The notes below the pieces were generated by a model that was not told the origin of the DNA, made no database searches, and saw only the letters and a program-made list of their open reading frames with translations. 64,000 bases of DNA, taken from contig CAVSLV010000003.1 of assembly GCA_963728915.1 (NCBI GenBank), positions 192,370 to 256,369 of the forward strand, written 5' to 3'. A program made the position numbers and the translations under genes. This document shows positions 46,498 to 56,598 of the stretch, piece by piece; the stretch's first letter is position 1, and the number at the start of each line of letters is the position of its first letter. This stretch comes from an uncultured Gemmatimonadales bacterium (lineage in GTDB: Bacteria; Gemmatimonadota; Gemmatimonadetes; Gemmatimonadales; GWC2-71-9).

Positions 46498-48492
46498 ATG
46501 ACCCTCCTGTCCAGACGCGCTCCCGCCGGTCTCCTCCTCGGTCTCCTGTTCCTGGCAAACTGTAGCAGTCCGGCTGGCCCGACCGGAGGAGTGGTCGCTT
46601 CCATCTCGGTCACGCCAGCCGGCGACACGCTGGTCTCGCTGGGTCAAACCCGGCAGTTGAGCGCCGTGGCCAAGGACGCCGCGGGGACCGTGATCACGGG
46701 GAAGACCTTTACCTGGAGCTCCTCGGGAAGTGGGGTGGCGACGGTCAGCGCCACGGGATTGGTCACCGCCATCGCCAACGGTCAGGCGACGGTGAGCGCT
46801 TCAGTGGACGGGAAATCGGGGGCGGCCGTGGTGCTGGTCGACCAGCAGGTGGCCAGCGTGGAGATCACGCCAACCTCCCCCGCGCCGATCACCACGATCG
46901 GAGGGAGCCAGCAGTTCAGCGCCACGGCCCGGGATGGCTCGGGCGCTGCCCTGACCGGCCTCACTTTTCTCTGGCTCTCGAGCAATCACGCGGTCGCTAC
47001 CGTCGATGCCTCTGGAAAAGCCACCGCCGTGGGGCCTGGCACCGCCACGATTACCGCCGCTGCTCGCGGAGTCCCGGCTTCCGCTCAGCTCACCGTCACC
47101 CAGCTTGCCACCCAGCTTGTGATCACCGCGCAGCCGAGCAGCTTCACGGAAGGACGCTCGATGGGAAGCGCGGTCCAGGTCGAGATCCGGGACGCCGGCG
47201 GAGCCCTGGTGAGCGGGGCGCGCCCGATCGTCACCCTGGCGATCTCCGATAACCCGGCGGCCGGCACACTGAACGGCACCGTCAGCGTCAATGCAGTCGG
47301 CGGGATCGCAAGCTTCCCCCAGCTGAGCATCGACCGCGCCGGGCAGGCCTACAAGCTCTCGGCAAGCTCCCCGGGCCTCACCTCGGCCGTCAGCTCCGCG
47401 TTTAACGTCATGCTGGACTTCCGCACCGTGGATGTCGGGAATTCCGCCAATTGCGGAACGACGGCTTCGGGCGCGATCTACTGCTGGGGCGCGAATGCGA
47501 ACAGCCAACTGGGCGACGGGACAACATCGGATCGGCTGGTGCCGACCCGGGCGGTGACGCCCCCCGGGGTTCTCTTCTCGCGCATAACGAGTGGCAACCC
47601 GTCGATTGCGTGCGCCCTCGCCGGGTCGGGGGCGCCATACTGCTGGGGCCTCGGATTCATCGGCCAGGCGCTCACCGCGCAGAGCACCATACCATTGCTG
47701 GTGCCTCTCCCCGCGGGAGTCACGTTCACGACGATCTCCACCAATTCGTCCCACACCTGTGGAACGACGCCGACAGGGACTCTCTATTGCTGGGGCGGCA
47801 ACACCAACCATGCCCTTGGCGACGGGACGGTAACCAACCGGCAGACCCCGGTGCTGATTCCCTCCCCCGCCAACGTGCTCTTCGTCGCGGTGAGCGCGGG
47901 CGGTCTGAGCACCTGCGCGCTTGCTTCGACCGGCGCGGCCTACTGCTGGGGCGCCAACAGCCAGGGGCAGGTCGGGGATGGAACCCTGGCTGAGCCGCTG
48001 GGGCCCACGGCGGTCACCATGCCAACCGGCGTTTCCTTCGTGGAGGTGGAAACCTCACTGGCGTACGCCTGCGGCCTTACTGCTGCCGGGGTCATGTACT
48101 GCTGGGGGAGCAACGCCAACGGCGCCCTGGGAGATGGCACAACCACCAACCACTTGACCCCCGCACCCGTGACGATGCCGGCCGGAGTGAGTTTTGTGCA
48201 GTTCGACACCGGAGCCTTCAACTGCGCGGTTGCGACCACCGGAGTGGTGTATTGCTGGGGCCGCAACGTCGGAGGGACTCTGGGTGACGGAACCAGCATC
48301 GATCACTTCACCCCACAACCCATCCAGATGCCCGCCGGGATTCTCTTCGCCTCCGTGGCCGTGGACCCAACCGGAACTGCCTGTGCCGTCGCAACGAGCG
48401 GAGCGATCTACTGTTGGGGCGGCAATTTCAGCGGGCAGCTGGGAAACGGTACGACGGTCAACAGCCTGGTACCGGTCCGCGTCGCGCGCTAG
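46498..48492 (+). CDS. Lipoprotein with Ig-like (Big_2) domains and RCC1/BLIP-II repeats
   Basis: LANC lipobox, two WxSS...VATV...G.VTA repeats, seven YCWG repeats (most followed by xN..LGDGT). Confidence 0.88.
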   Translation: MTLLSRRAPAGLLLGLLFLANCSSPAGPTGGVVASISVTPAGDTLVSLGQTRQLSAVAKDAAGTVITGKTFTWSSSGSGVATVSATGLVTAIANGQATVSASVDGKSGAAVVLVDQQVASVEITPTSPAPITTIGGSQQFSATARDGSGAALTGLTFLWLSSNHAVATVDASGKATAVGPGTATITAAARGVPASAQLTVTQLATQLVITAQPSSFTEGRSMGSAVQVEIRDAGGALVSGARPIVTLAISDNPAAGTLNGTVSVNAVGGIASFPQLSIDRAGQAYKLSASSPGLTSAVSSAFNVMLDFRTVDVGNSANCGTTASGAIYCWGANANSQLGDGTTSDRLVPTRAVTPPGVLFSRITSGNPSIACALAGSGAPYCWGLGFIGQALTAQSTIPLLVPLPAGVTFTTISTNSSHTCGTTPTGTLYCWGGNTNHALGDGTVTNRQTPVLIPSPANVLFVAVSAGGLSTCALASTGAAYCWGANSQGQVGDGTLAEPLGPTAVTMPTGVSFVEVETSLAYACGLTAAGVMYCWGSNANGALGDGTTTNHLTPAPVTMPAGVSFVQFDTGAFNCAVATTGVVYCWGRNVGGTLGDGTSIDHFTPQPIQMPAGILFASVAVDPTGTACAVATSGAIYCWGGNFSGQLGNGTTVNSLVPVRVAR

Positions 48493-48526
48493 CCGACCGG
48501 GCCCGCGAACCATCCTTCGAGCAGGC

Positions 48527-49117
48527 CTAGGGAATCAGGTTGGATGCACGCGGATCGTCGTAGTACCTGGGGCGCGCGGGCATTTCCACCCTGGGGAGCG
48601 ACGCGCGGTCCATCACCTGGTCCCCGGCGATCAGTCGATTCCGCCAGAGAATCCAGGCCGCCACGGAGTACACCTCGTTCGGTGTGAGCGACCCCGGCTG
48701 GGTCTGCGGCATGGCGCGGTGGATGAAATCGTAGAGCGTGGTGGCGTATCCCCAGTAGTTCCCCACCGTCCGGGAGTCCTTCGGACCGGAACTTCGCTTC
48801 CCCGGGTTAGGCCCCACCAGCTGGTCGTACGGCCCCTCCTTGCCGGTGGGCCCGTGGCAGACCGAGCATTTGGCAGCATAGATCGCCGCCCCCTCCTTCG
48901 CGGTGCCGCTCCCCGCGGGTAAGCCGGCCCCATCCGCCCGCACATCGATGTCGAGCGCGGCGATCTCCGCCGGCGTGGCGGGCCGCCCGAAGCCGAACCG
49001 GGTCGAGTCGGGCTTCCCATGCACATAACCCGGCCGAGCGCGTCGGAGAGTGCCCGCCGCCATGGCCACGCCGAGGAGCACGAGCGCGCCGATGGCGAGC
49101 ACCGCGCTCCGGTTCAT
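48527..49117 (-). CDS. Monoheme cytochrome c (SoxD-like)
   Basis: GRPATPAEI...GLPAGSG...CSVCH...YATTLYDFIHRAMP. Confidence 0.88.
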   Translation of the reverse strand: MNRSAVLAIGALVLLGVAMAAGTLRRARPGYVHGKPDSTRFGFGRPATPAEIAALDIDVRADGAGLPAGSGTAKEGAAIYAAKCSVCHGPTGKEGPYDQLVGPNPGKRSSGPKDSRTVGNYWGYATTLYDFIHRAMPQTQPGSLTPNEVYSVAAWILWRNRLIAGDQVMDRASLPRVEMPARPRYYDDPRASNLIP

Positions 49118-50361
49118 GCCGGGAGACCGAAGACCACGCGGCCGTCCGGTTCCACCCGCCAGGCCCGGATGTTGTTGTTGTGATAGGGCGTCGCGACGCC
49201 CCTCGCCCGCCGGAGCTGGTCCAGGGTCGGCTGGGTATTCGCGGTCTCGTCGGCGGCCCGGCTCATGAGCAGCGCCGGCTTGCCGTTCCACGCCCAGCCG
49301 AGACGGAACCGGGTGTGGCACTTGGGGAGCACCGGCGCCTGGAGCTCGGCCGGCGCCCAGGTGACGCCGCCATCGGTGCTGATGTCCACCCGCGCGATCC
49401 GGCCTCGGCCGCTCCACGCGATCCCGGTGATCTCCCACCGGCCCGGCGTCAACCGGTTGGGATAGGCCGGAAACGTGATGATGGACTTGGTGTCCATGAT
49501 CATGCTGAACTGACGGATCCGCCCGTCCGGCATGAGATCGGTGTATTTGGAAGTTTCTTCCCGGGTCTCGAACGGCCGATCCGACAGCTCGATCCGCCGG
49601 AGCCACTTCACCGAGGTGTTGCCTTCCCACCCGGGGAGAAAGAGCCGGGCGGGATACCCCTGCTCGGGGCGGAGCGGCTCGCCGTTCTGCCCGTAGGCGA
49701 TCAATGCGTCGTCCCACGCCTTGGCCATCGGGATGCTCCGGGTCATGACCGCCGCGTCTTCTCCCTCGGCGAGGAACCAGGTGGCCTTGGGGCTCGCACC
49801 TACTTCGCGAAACAACGTCGCGAGCGGAACCCCGGTCCACTCGCTGGTGCTGGTCAGCCCATCGATCCGCTGCGGAGTGAGATCGGGCCGGATGCCCTCG
49901 GGGAGAAACCCGTTGCTGCCGTTCCCGGAGCACTCCAGAAAGTGGAGTACCGACAGGGACGGAAAGCGCTTGAGATCGGCGAGGCTGAATACAGTGGGGC
50001 GCTCCACCATGCCGTGGATCAGGAGCGAGTAGTGCGCCGGATCGATGGCCGGAATGCCGCCGTGGTGGCGCTCGTAATGGAGGTCGGCGGGGGTGATGAT
50101 CCCGTCCAGGTCCTGGAGCGGAGTCTCGCTCTGACCCGAGAGCGCGGCGCGGGCCACGTGGCGACGCGGCTGTTCGAATGGTGAGCGGCTCCCCAATTCG
50201 CTCGGCAGGCGTCCCGGTACTCTGGTCGGATCGAGTGGAACCTCGGGAGTTTGTGGCGGAGGCGCCTGCGCCGGAGCGCCGGTCACTCCGGTGATGGCTG
50301 CCGCGCCGGCGGCGCCGGCTAACCCGGCGAGCAGCTCTCGTCGTCCGAGCTTCTTCGGCAT
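49114..50361 (-). CDS. soxC: Molybdopterin sulfite/sulfane dehydrogenase SoxC-like
   Basis: Tat GRRELL, TPLQDLDGIITP, HYERHH, LECSGN, PEQGYP, VKWLRR. Confidence 0.88.
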   Translation of the reverse strand: MPKKLGRRELLAGLAGAAGAAAITGVTGAPAQAPPPQTPEVPLDPTRVPGRLPSELGSRSPFEQPRRHVARAALSGQSETPLQDLDGIITPADLHYERHHGGIPAIDPAHYSLLIHGMVERPTVFSLADLKRFPSLSVLHFLECSGNGSNGFLPEGIRPDLTPQRIDGLTSTSEWTGVPLATLFREVGASPKATWFLAEGEDAAVMTRSIPMAKAWDDALIAYGQNGEPLRPEQGYPARLFLPGWEGNTSVKWLRRIELSDRPFETREETSKYTDLMPDGRIRQFSMIMDTKSIITFPAYPNRLTPGRWEITGIAWSGRGRIARVDISTDGGVTWAPAELQAPVLPKCHTRFRLGWAWNGKPALLMSRAADETANTQPTLDQLRRARGVATPYHNNNIRAWRVEPDGRVVFGLPA

Positions 50362-50897
50362 CAGTGTCCCTCGAACGCAATCAGGGTGAATACCTGGTGA
50401 CCCTTCTCTTCCAGTCGTCGCCGTCCGCCCAGCTCGGGGAGGTCGATGACGAAGCAGGCCTCGACCAGCTCGCCGCCGACCTGGTGGACCAGCTCGATCG
50501 ATGCCGCCGCGGTTCCCCCGGTCGCGATCAGGTCGTCCACCAGGAGAACGCGCTCACCCGTCGTGATCGCGTCGGCGTGCATCTCGACCCGGTCGCTCCC
50601 GTATTCCAGCTCGTAGTCCGATCCCACGGTCTGCCAGGGCAGCTTGCCGCGCTTCCGGATCGGGACGAAGCCGGCGCCCAGGTGATGGGCAATCGCGCCG
50701 CCCAGGATGAATCCCCGGGCTTCGATACCGGCCACTTTCTGGATGCCCTTCCCGCTGTATCGCGCGGTGAAGCGGTGGATCGTCTCCCGGAACCCGGCGG
50801 GATGGCCCAGCAGCGTGGTGATGTCCCGGAACATGATGCCGGGTTTGGGATAATCCGGAATGGTCCGGATCAGCGCCTTGAGATCGAGTCCCGTCAT
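50361..50897 (-). CDS. apt: Adenine phosphoribosyltransferase
   Basis: [33 protein letters not shown]. Confidence 0.96.
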   Translation of the reverse strand: MTGLDLKALIRTIPDYPKPGIMFRDITTLLGHPAGFRETIHRFTARYSGKGIQKVAGIEARGFILGGAIAHHLGAGFVPIRKRGKLPWQTVGSDYELEYGSDRVEMHADAITTGERVLLVDDLIATGGTAAASIELVHQVGGELVEACFVIDLPELGGRRRLEEKGHQVFTLIAFEGH

Positions 50898-51757
50898 CCC
50901 AGCACCCGGCCCGCAACCGCGGAGAGCTTCGCGACGGTCGCCGGGTTCATCGCTTCGCGCGGGGTGAGGATCGCGTGCTCCAGCGCGCGGTCGCATCCCT
51001 GCTGACAGAAGGCCGGCCGCTCCCGGAGTCTCGGCGCGATGCGGCGGATCAGCTCGCGGGCTTTCCCCACGTTGCTTCGCATCACTTCCATCACCATGTC
51101 CACGGTGACCGCGTCGTGCTCCGGGTGCCAGACGTCGTAGTCGGTCACCATCGTCACCGAGCAATAGCAGAGCTCCGCTTCCCGGGCGAGCTTCGCTTCC
51201 GGCAGGTTGGTCATCCCGATCACGGTGCCGTCCCAGCCGCGGTACACCGCCGATTCCGCGCGGGTCGAGAACTGGGGCCCTTCGATCACCACGCAGGAGC
51301 CGCCCCGGTGCACCGGGATGCCGGCTTCACGCGCCGCGGCTTCCGCGGCGTCTCCCATCCGGGCACAGACCGGATGCGCCATCGACACGTGGGCGACCAG
51401 GCCCTCGCCGAAGAAAGTGTTCTCCCGCTTGACGGTGCGGTCGATGAACTGATCCACCACGACGAAGGTGCCCGGGGGGATGTCCTCCTTGAGTGAGCCG
51501 ACCGCGGAGAAGGAGAGCAGGTCGGTCACCCCGGTCCGCTTCAGGGCATCGATGTTCGCGCGGAAGTTGATTTCGCCCGGGAGGATCCGGTGGCCCCGGC
51601 CATGGCGCGGCAGGAAAACCAGGGGGATTCCGTCGAGCTGACCGGTGAGCAGCTCGTCGGAAGGAAGGCCGAACGCGCTCTCGACCGGTCGCCAGTGAGC
51701 CTGCTCGAGTCCCTCGATCTCGTAGACGCCGGACCCGCCGATGACGCCGAGGATCAT
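50894..51757 (-). CDS. mtnP: 5'-methylthioadenosine phosphorylase
   Basis: [37 protein letters not shown]. Confidence 0.93.
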   Translation of the reverse strand: MILGVIGGSGVYEIEGLEQAHWRPVESAFGLPSDELLTGQLDGIPLVFLPRHGRGHRILPGEINFRANIDALKRTGVTDLLSFSAVGSLKEDIPPGTFVVVDQFIDRTVKRENTFFGEGLVAHVSMAHPVCARMGDAAEAAAREAGIPVHRGGSCVVIEGPQFSTRAESAVYRGWDGTVIGMTNLPEAKLAREAELCYCSVTMVTDYDVWHPEHDAVTVDMVMEVMRSNVGKARELIRRIAPRLRERPAFCQQGCDRALEHAILTPREAMNPATVAKLSAVAGRVLG

Positions 51758-51792
51758 GCCGCAAAAGTAACCCGAAGATTGGAGCGCTACCT

Positions 51793-52395
51793 TTGGGGAT
51801 CGCTTCGCTCACCGCTGTTCCCCAGCCCGGACCCAGCGTCCCCCGTCGCGGCGGGCCGGTGCGCGCTCTGATCGGGCGCACCGTGCTCCGCCTCCTCGGC
51901 TGGCGCATCGAGGGCGAGCTGCCCGATGCGCCGAAGATGCTCATCCTCGCCGCGCCGCACTCGTCCAACTGGGATTTCGTGATCGGAGTCGCCATCGTCT
52001 TTGCGCTCCGGCTGGACATCCGGTTCCTCGGCAAGCAGGAGCTGTTTCGCGGGCCGCTCGGGGTGTTCATGCGCTGGCTGGGCGGGATTCCGGTGGATCG
52101 GGACCGTCCCGATGGTGTGGTCGAGGACGCCATCGCGATGTTCGCCCGGCAGGAGCGGCTGGTGCTGGCCATGGCTCCCGAAGGAACCCGGCAGCCGGTC
52201 GAGCGCTGGAAGACCGGCTTCTATCGCATCGCGCTCGGCGCGGGAGTTCCCATCGTGACGGGGTACTTCGACAATGCGAGGAAGCGGGTCGGGTTCGGCC
52301 TGGTGCTCACGCCCAGCGGCGACCTGGCGGCGGACCTGGAGCGGCTCCGGGCGTTCTACCGGGATCTCCCGCGCCGGGACAAGACTGGCTGGTAG
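51793..52395 (+). CDS. PlsC-like acyltransferase (start uncertain)
   Basis: PHSSNWD, APEGTR, WKTGFY. Confidence 0.88.
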   Translation: MGIASLTAVPQPGPSVPRRGGPVRALIGRTVLRLLGWRIEGELPDAPKMLILAAPHSSNWDFVIGVAIVFALRLDIRFLGKQELFRGPLGVFMRWLGGIPVDRDRPDGVVEDAIAMFARQERLVLAMAPEGTRQPVERWKTGFYRIALGAGVPIVTGYFDNARKRVGFGLVLTPSGDLAADLERLRAFYRDLPRRDKTGW

Positions 52396-52502
52396 ATCGG
52401 GATTCTCCTGCAAGAATCCGAGCAGGTCTGCTCGCCGACAGGATATCTTGAAGCACCCCCTCCCCAGAGAGAATACCGTATGGTCGAGCGACCCGACTTC
52501 CC

Positions 52503-52949
52503 ATGAAACGGTCGCGTCGAGTCCCCAACAGACCCGCGCCGAAGCTGACCATCCGGCCGCTCACCCCCGACCGCTGGCCGGACCTGGAGGATCTCTTCGG
52601 GAAGAAGGGCGCGTGTAATGGGTGCTGGTGCATGTACTGGCGGATCGGCGCCGCGTATCGGGGGCATGGCGAGAGCAACCGCCGGGCCTTCCGGAACATC
52701 GTGCGAAAGGGGCCGCCGCCCGGACTCCTGGCCTACGAGGGTGGCGTGGCGGTGGGCTGGTGCCAGCTCACGCCGAGAGATGACCTGCCGGGGATCAGCG
52801 CTGCGCTGATCACCGCGACCATCAGGGCAGCCAGGCCGGGGTTCCGGGTGGTGCTCCGTCGGACCCGGCCGCAGCCGATCGTGCGCTACGATCTCACCAG
52901 GGAGCCGGTCGCCCGCGTCGCCGCGACAGAGCGCCGGGTCAAGCCATGA
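52503..52949 (+). pseudogene. GNAT-family acetyltransferase with apparent internal deletions
   Basis: WPDLEDLFG..GACNGCWCMYWR...VGWCQLTPR followed by a much shortened C-terminal half with no recognisable acetyl-CoA loop. Confidence 0.6.
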
Positions 52950-53758
52950 ACGCGAGAAGCACCCCAGCCGGGGGAATCCGGATCGCGAGTGCGGGGCACG
53001 CGCTCTTTGCGGCGGTCCTGATCTGGCTCGGAGCCATGGGCCTCCGGAAGGGCGACTTCGTCCAGATATGGCAGCCGGTACCCAAATGGGTGCCGGCGCG
53101 GGAGGCGCTGGCGTATCTCTGCGGGTTGATTTCCCTGGGGTCCGGTATCGCCCTGCTCTGGCAGCGCACCGCGGCCGTCGCGGCGCGGGTGATCCTCGTG
53201 TCGCTGCTGGTCTGGTTGGTGGTCCTCCGACTCCCCTTCCTTTTCTTCCAGACTCCTCTCGTGCTGGTGGCGTGGACCTGCGGCTCGACCGCCGTGATGG
53301 TGGCGGGCGCCTGGGTGCTGAACATCTGGTTCGCGGGGGCGCGGGACCGGGAGCGCCTGGGACCGGTGGCAGGGGCAGCGGGACTCCGCATCGCGCGGGT
53401 GCTTTACGGCCTCTCCCTGATCCCGTTCGGTCTTGCTCATTTCCTCTATCTCGACGCGACCACGGTGCTGATTCCGGGCTGGCTCCCGGGGCACGTCGCG
53501 TGGGCTTATTTCACGGGCGCCGCCTTCATCGCCGCGGGGCTCGCGGTGATCACCGGCATGGGTGCGCGCTGGGCCGCCGTGCTCTCGACGGCGCAGTTCG
53601 GCCTGTTCGGCCTGATCGTATGGGTCCCTCGGGTGCTGAAGGGAGGGATCAACGATTTCCAGTGGGGCGAATTCGTGGTGACGTTCGCGTTAATGGCGGG
53701 GGCATGGGTGGTGGCGGAATCCTACCGCCTCCATCGCCTTAACATGCGGGAGGAGTGA
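52946..53758 (+). CDS. DoxX-like membrane protein (duplicated domain)
   Basis: Two repeats: VPKWVP...AYLCG and IPGWLP...AYFTG; about 8 TM segments. Confidence 0.82.
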   Translation: MNARSTPAGGIRIASAGHALFAAVLIWLGAMGLRKGDFVQIWQPVPKWVPAREALAYLCGLISLGSGIALLWQRTAAVAARVILVSLLVWLVVLRLPFLFFQTPLVLVAWTCGSTAVMVAGAWVLNIWFAGARDRERLGPVAGAAGLRIARVLYGLSLIPFGLAHFLYLDATTVLIPGWLPGHVAWAYFTGAAFIAAGLAVITGMGARWAAVLSTAQFGLFGLIVWVPRVLKGGINDFQWGEFVVTFALMAGAWVVAESYRLHRLNMREE

Positions 53759-53882
53759 AGCCCGACACCTTCTCTCGATTTGCTGCCGTTTGCCGAGGCG
53801 CTAGCTTTCCTCTTTCCTCTTTGGCCCTTCCGGGGACCCTCATGACCCGCGAGTCGCTCCAACCACAGCAGCGTCACTCGTG

Positions 53883-56507
53883 ATGGAGGGAGCACCTCCG
53901 CGGCTCGCCGCCGCCCTCTCGGGCCGGTACCGGATCGAGCGGGAGCTTGGCGCGGGCGGCATGGCCACGGTCTACCTGGCCGCCGACCTCAGGCACGACC
54001 GCAAGGTCGCGATCAAGGTTCTCAAGCCCGACCTCGCCGCCGTGTTAGGCGCGGAGCGGTTCGTGGTGGAAATCAAGACGACCGCGGCGATGAGTCATCC
54101 GCACATCCTCCCGTTGCTCGACTCGGGCGAGGCGGACGGCTTCCTGTTCTACGTGATGCCCTACATCGAGGGCGAGACCATCCGGGAGAAGCTGAACCGC
54201 GAGACCCAGTGCGGGGTGGATGAGGCGGTGCGGATCGCGCGGGAAGTGGCCGACGCCCTGGACTACGCCCACCGCCACGGGATCATCCATCGGGATATCA
54301 AGCCCGAGAACATCCTGCTGCACGACGGGCGCGCGATGGTGATGGATTTCGGCATCGCGCTGGCCGTCTCGGCCGCCGCCGGCGGCCGCATGACCGAAAC
54401 GGGACTGTCCCTCGGCACCCCGCACTACATGTCGCCGGAACAGGCGACGGCCGACAAGGCCCTCACCGGGCGCTCGGACATCTACAGCCTGGCGAGCGTG
54501 CTGTACGAGATGCTCACCGGGGAGCCGCCCCACATGGGGACCTCGGCGCAGCAGATCATCATGAAGATCATCGCCGAGCCGGTCCGGCCGGCCACCGAGC
54601 TGCGCAAGTCGGTGCCGCCCAACGTGGCCGCAGCGCTGGCGAAGGCACTCGAGAAGCTGCCGGCCGATCGTTTCGACAGCGCGCGGGCGTTCTCGGAGGC
54701 GCTGGGCAATACCGCGTTTGCCGTTCCGGGCGCTCCAGCAACCGGTGCGACCCGCGGGCTCGCGCGTCGCTGGGTGACGGATCCCCGCACCCTCGCCACG
54801 ATCGCGCTGGGCCTCATCGGGATCGCGATCGCGGGGACCCTCCGGAGCGGCCAGCGCAGCAGTCTCCTCGAGTACGACGTCGGCCTTCCCGACTCGGCCG
54901 GCATGCTGACGGCGTCCCGGGACGCCGGGTTCGCGGTCTCGCCCAGCGGCAACTTCGTGGTGTACGAGACGGTGCGGCGGGGCCGGAGCGAGCTCTGGTA
55001 TCGCTCGCTGCACGACGCCACGGTCAAGCGGATCCCCGGCACCGATGACGGATCCCAGCCGGTGATCTCTCCCGACGGAACCCGCATCGCGTTCTTCCGC
55101 CTCGAAGGCGCCGGGTGGAAAGTCGAAGTGCTCCCGGTCGAAGGCGGCACCTCGACCACGATCGGCCGGGGCGTCGGAGGCATCCAGAAGCTGGCCTGGC
55201 AAACCGCGGGACGGATCCTGGTCCTCCAGGACAACGGCAGTCTGGCCCGCTGGCTCGATCCGGAGCAGGGACCGGTCTCGTCGGTCGGGATCCGGTACTG
55301 TGAGGACCAGGCGCTGATTCCGGGAGGGGACGGCCTGCTCTGTGGCGGGGGAGCGGCCAAATGGGGCTACCGCGTCACGGTCGGAGACACCGCGTTCGAA
55401 CAGCGGTTCTGGCGGGCGGAGGACCGGAAGCAGGTATTCGGCTCATCGTTCCGACTGGTCGAGGGGCGCTATCTGACCTACGTCTCCGTCGGCGGCGACC
55501 TGTTCGCGGCGCCGGTGGACCTCGAGACCGGCCGGGTGAGCCGAGCGGTGCGGATGGCGAGTGGACTCGGGCTCGCCGATTTCACCGGGACGGCGAGTTA
55601 TGCCATCTCCGCGTCGGGTACCCTGGTGTACGCCCAGGGGGAGAACCAGTCGGTCGGACACCTGGTGCACTTGACCGATGCGGGAATCGACACGCTGCCA
55701 GTCGGCAGAGAAGCCTTCCTCACCTTTGAATACAGCCCCGATGGGCATCGTCTTGCTGCCGTGGTCAGGGGGCTGGAGGGCATGGAGCTCAGGATCTACG
55801 ACCTCTCGTCGGGCCAATCCCGCACCTGGATCCGGCGGCCGACCCTCGGCCATCCGGTCTGGAGTCCCGCGGGCGACCAGCTGCTGTTCAGGGACACCGA
55901 CTCGCTCTTTCTCGGCTCGCCGGATCGGTCCGATGCCCCGGAGTTCCTGCTCCAGATTCCCGGAGGCTTCGAACCCACGCGGTGGATGTCCGACAACAGG
56001 GTCTTCGGGCTCGGGGGGCGTCCGAATGCCGCGCTGACCCTGCGAATGGACCGCCGGCCCGTCACCACCGACTCGCTCTTGTCAGACAACGGGTTCCCAT
56101 GGCCATCGGCCGACGGGCGGTGGATCGCATACACCAACAACGCCTGGACCGAGGCCTGGATCGAGCCTCTCCCGCGCGACGGCCGCCGGTTCCAGGCCGG
56201 CGCCGGCAATCTGGAAGACATTCAGTGGCTGTCGCCGTTCGAGCTGGGGGTGCCGGTCACCGACGGACCCCGGACCCGGATCGATCGGGTGACCGTCGAT
56301 CCCGCGGCGAATCCGCCGATTCGTAACCGGGGCCGCTGGGCCGACGCGCCCGAGTATCGAGACACCAACGGGCCCTCGTTCGCGGTGGCCCCGGGTGGGG
56401 GCGTCATCTACCTGCGGGGTGCAGCCGATCGGCCGGCCTCGTACCTTCGGGTGGTGCCGCACTGGGTAGATCGGATGAAGAGGGCCGTGGACGCTGCCAA
56501 TCGCTGA
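53883..56507 (+). CDS. Ser/Thr protein kinase with TM and TolB/PD40-like beta-propeller
   Basis: GAGGMATV, VAIK, HRDIKPEN, DFG, GTPHYMSPE; SPDG repeats. Confidence 0.93.
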   Translation: MEGAPPRLAAALSGRYRIERELGAGGMATVYLAADLRHDRKVAIKVLKPDLAAVLGAERFVVEIKTTAAMSHPHILPLLDSGEADGFLFYVMPYIEGETIREKLNRETQCGVDEAVRIAREVADALDYAHRHGIIHRDIKPENILLHDGRAMVMDFGIALAVSAAAGGRMTETGLSLGTPHYMSPEQATADKALTGRSDIYSLASVLYEMLTGEPPHMGTSAQQIIMKIIAEPVRPATELRKSVPPNVAAALAKALEKLPADRFDSARAFSEALGNTAFAVPGAPATGATRGLARRWVTDPRTLATIALGLIGIAIAGTLRSGQRSSLLEYDVGLPDSAGMLTASRDAGFAVSPSGNFVVYETVRRGRSELWYRSLHDATVKRIPGTDDGSQPVISPDGTRIAFFRLEGAGWKVEVLPVEGGTSTTIGRGVGGIQKLAWQTAGRILVLQDNGSLARWLDPEQGPVSSVGIRYCEDQALIPGGDGLLCGGGAAKWGYRVTVGDTAFEQRFWRAEDRKQVFGSSFRLVEGRYLTYVSVGGDLFAAPVDLETGRVSRAVRMASGLGLADFTGTASYAISASGTLVYAQGENQSVGHLVHLTDAGIDTLPVGREAFLTFEYSPDGHRLAAVVRGLEGMELRIYDLSSGQSRTWIRRPTLGHPVWSPAGDQLLFRDTDSLFLGSPDRSDAPEFLLQIPGGFEPTRWMSDNRVFGLGGRPNAALTLRMDRRPVTTDSLLSDNGFPWPSADGRWIAYTNNAWTEAWIEPLPRDGRRFQAGAGNLEDIQWLSPFELGVPVTDGPRTRIDRVTVDPAANPPIRNRGRWADAPEYRDTNGPSFAVAPGGGVIYLRGAADRPASYLRVVPHWVDRMKRAVDAANR

Positions 56508-56598
56508 CCCACGTCCTCGATCAACTTGCCGCCGGCCTTGCACCAGCCCGGCACGGGCGCTCCGAAGCGAGTGAGCGGACCGGGGACGCCCCGGCCCT

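Noticed and set aside
47470..48450. Repeated TACTGCTGGGG segments considered as DNA repeats or a DGR target
   Set aside because: Explained by RCC1 protein repeats; no reverse transcriptase or template-repeat pair seen.
53842..53883. 13-codon uORF whose TGA overlaps the kinase ATG
   Set aside because: Too short, with no supporting features; expected by chance.
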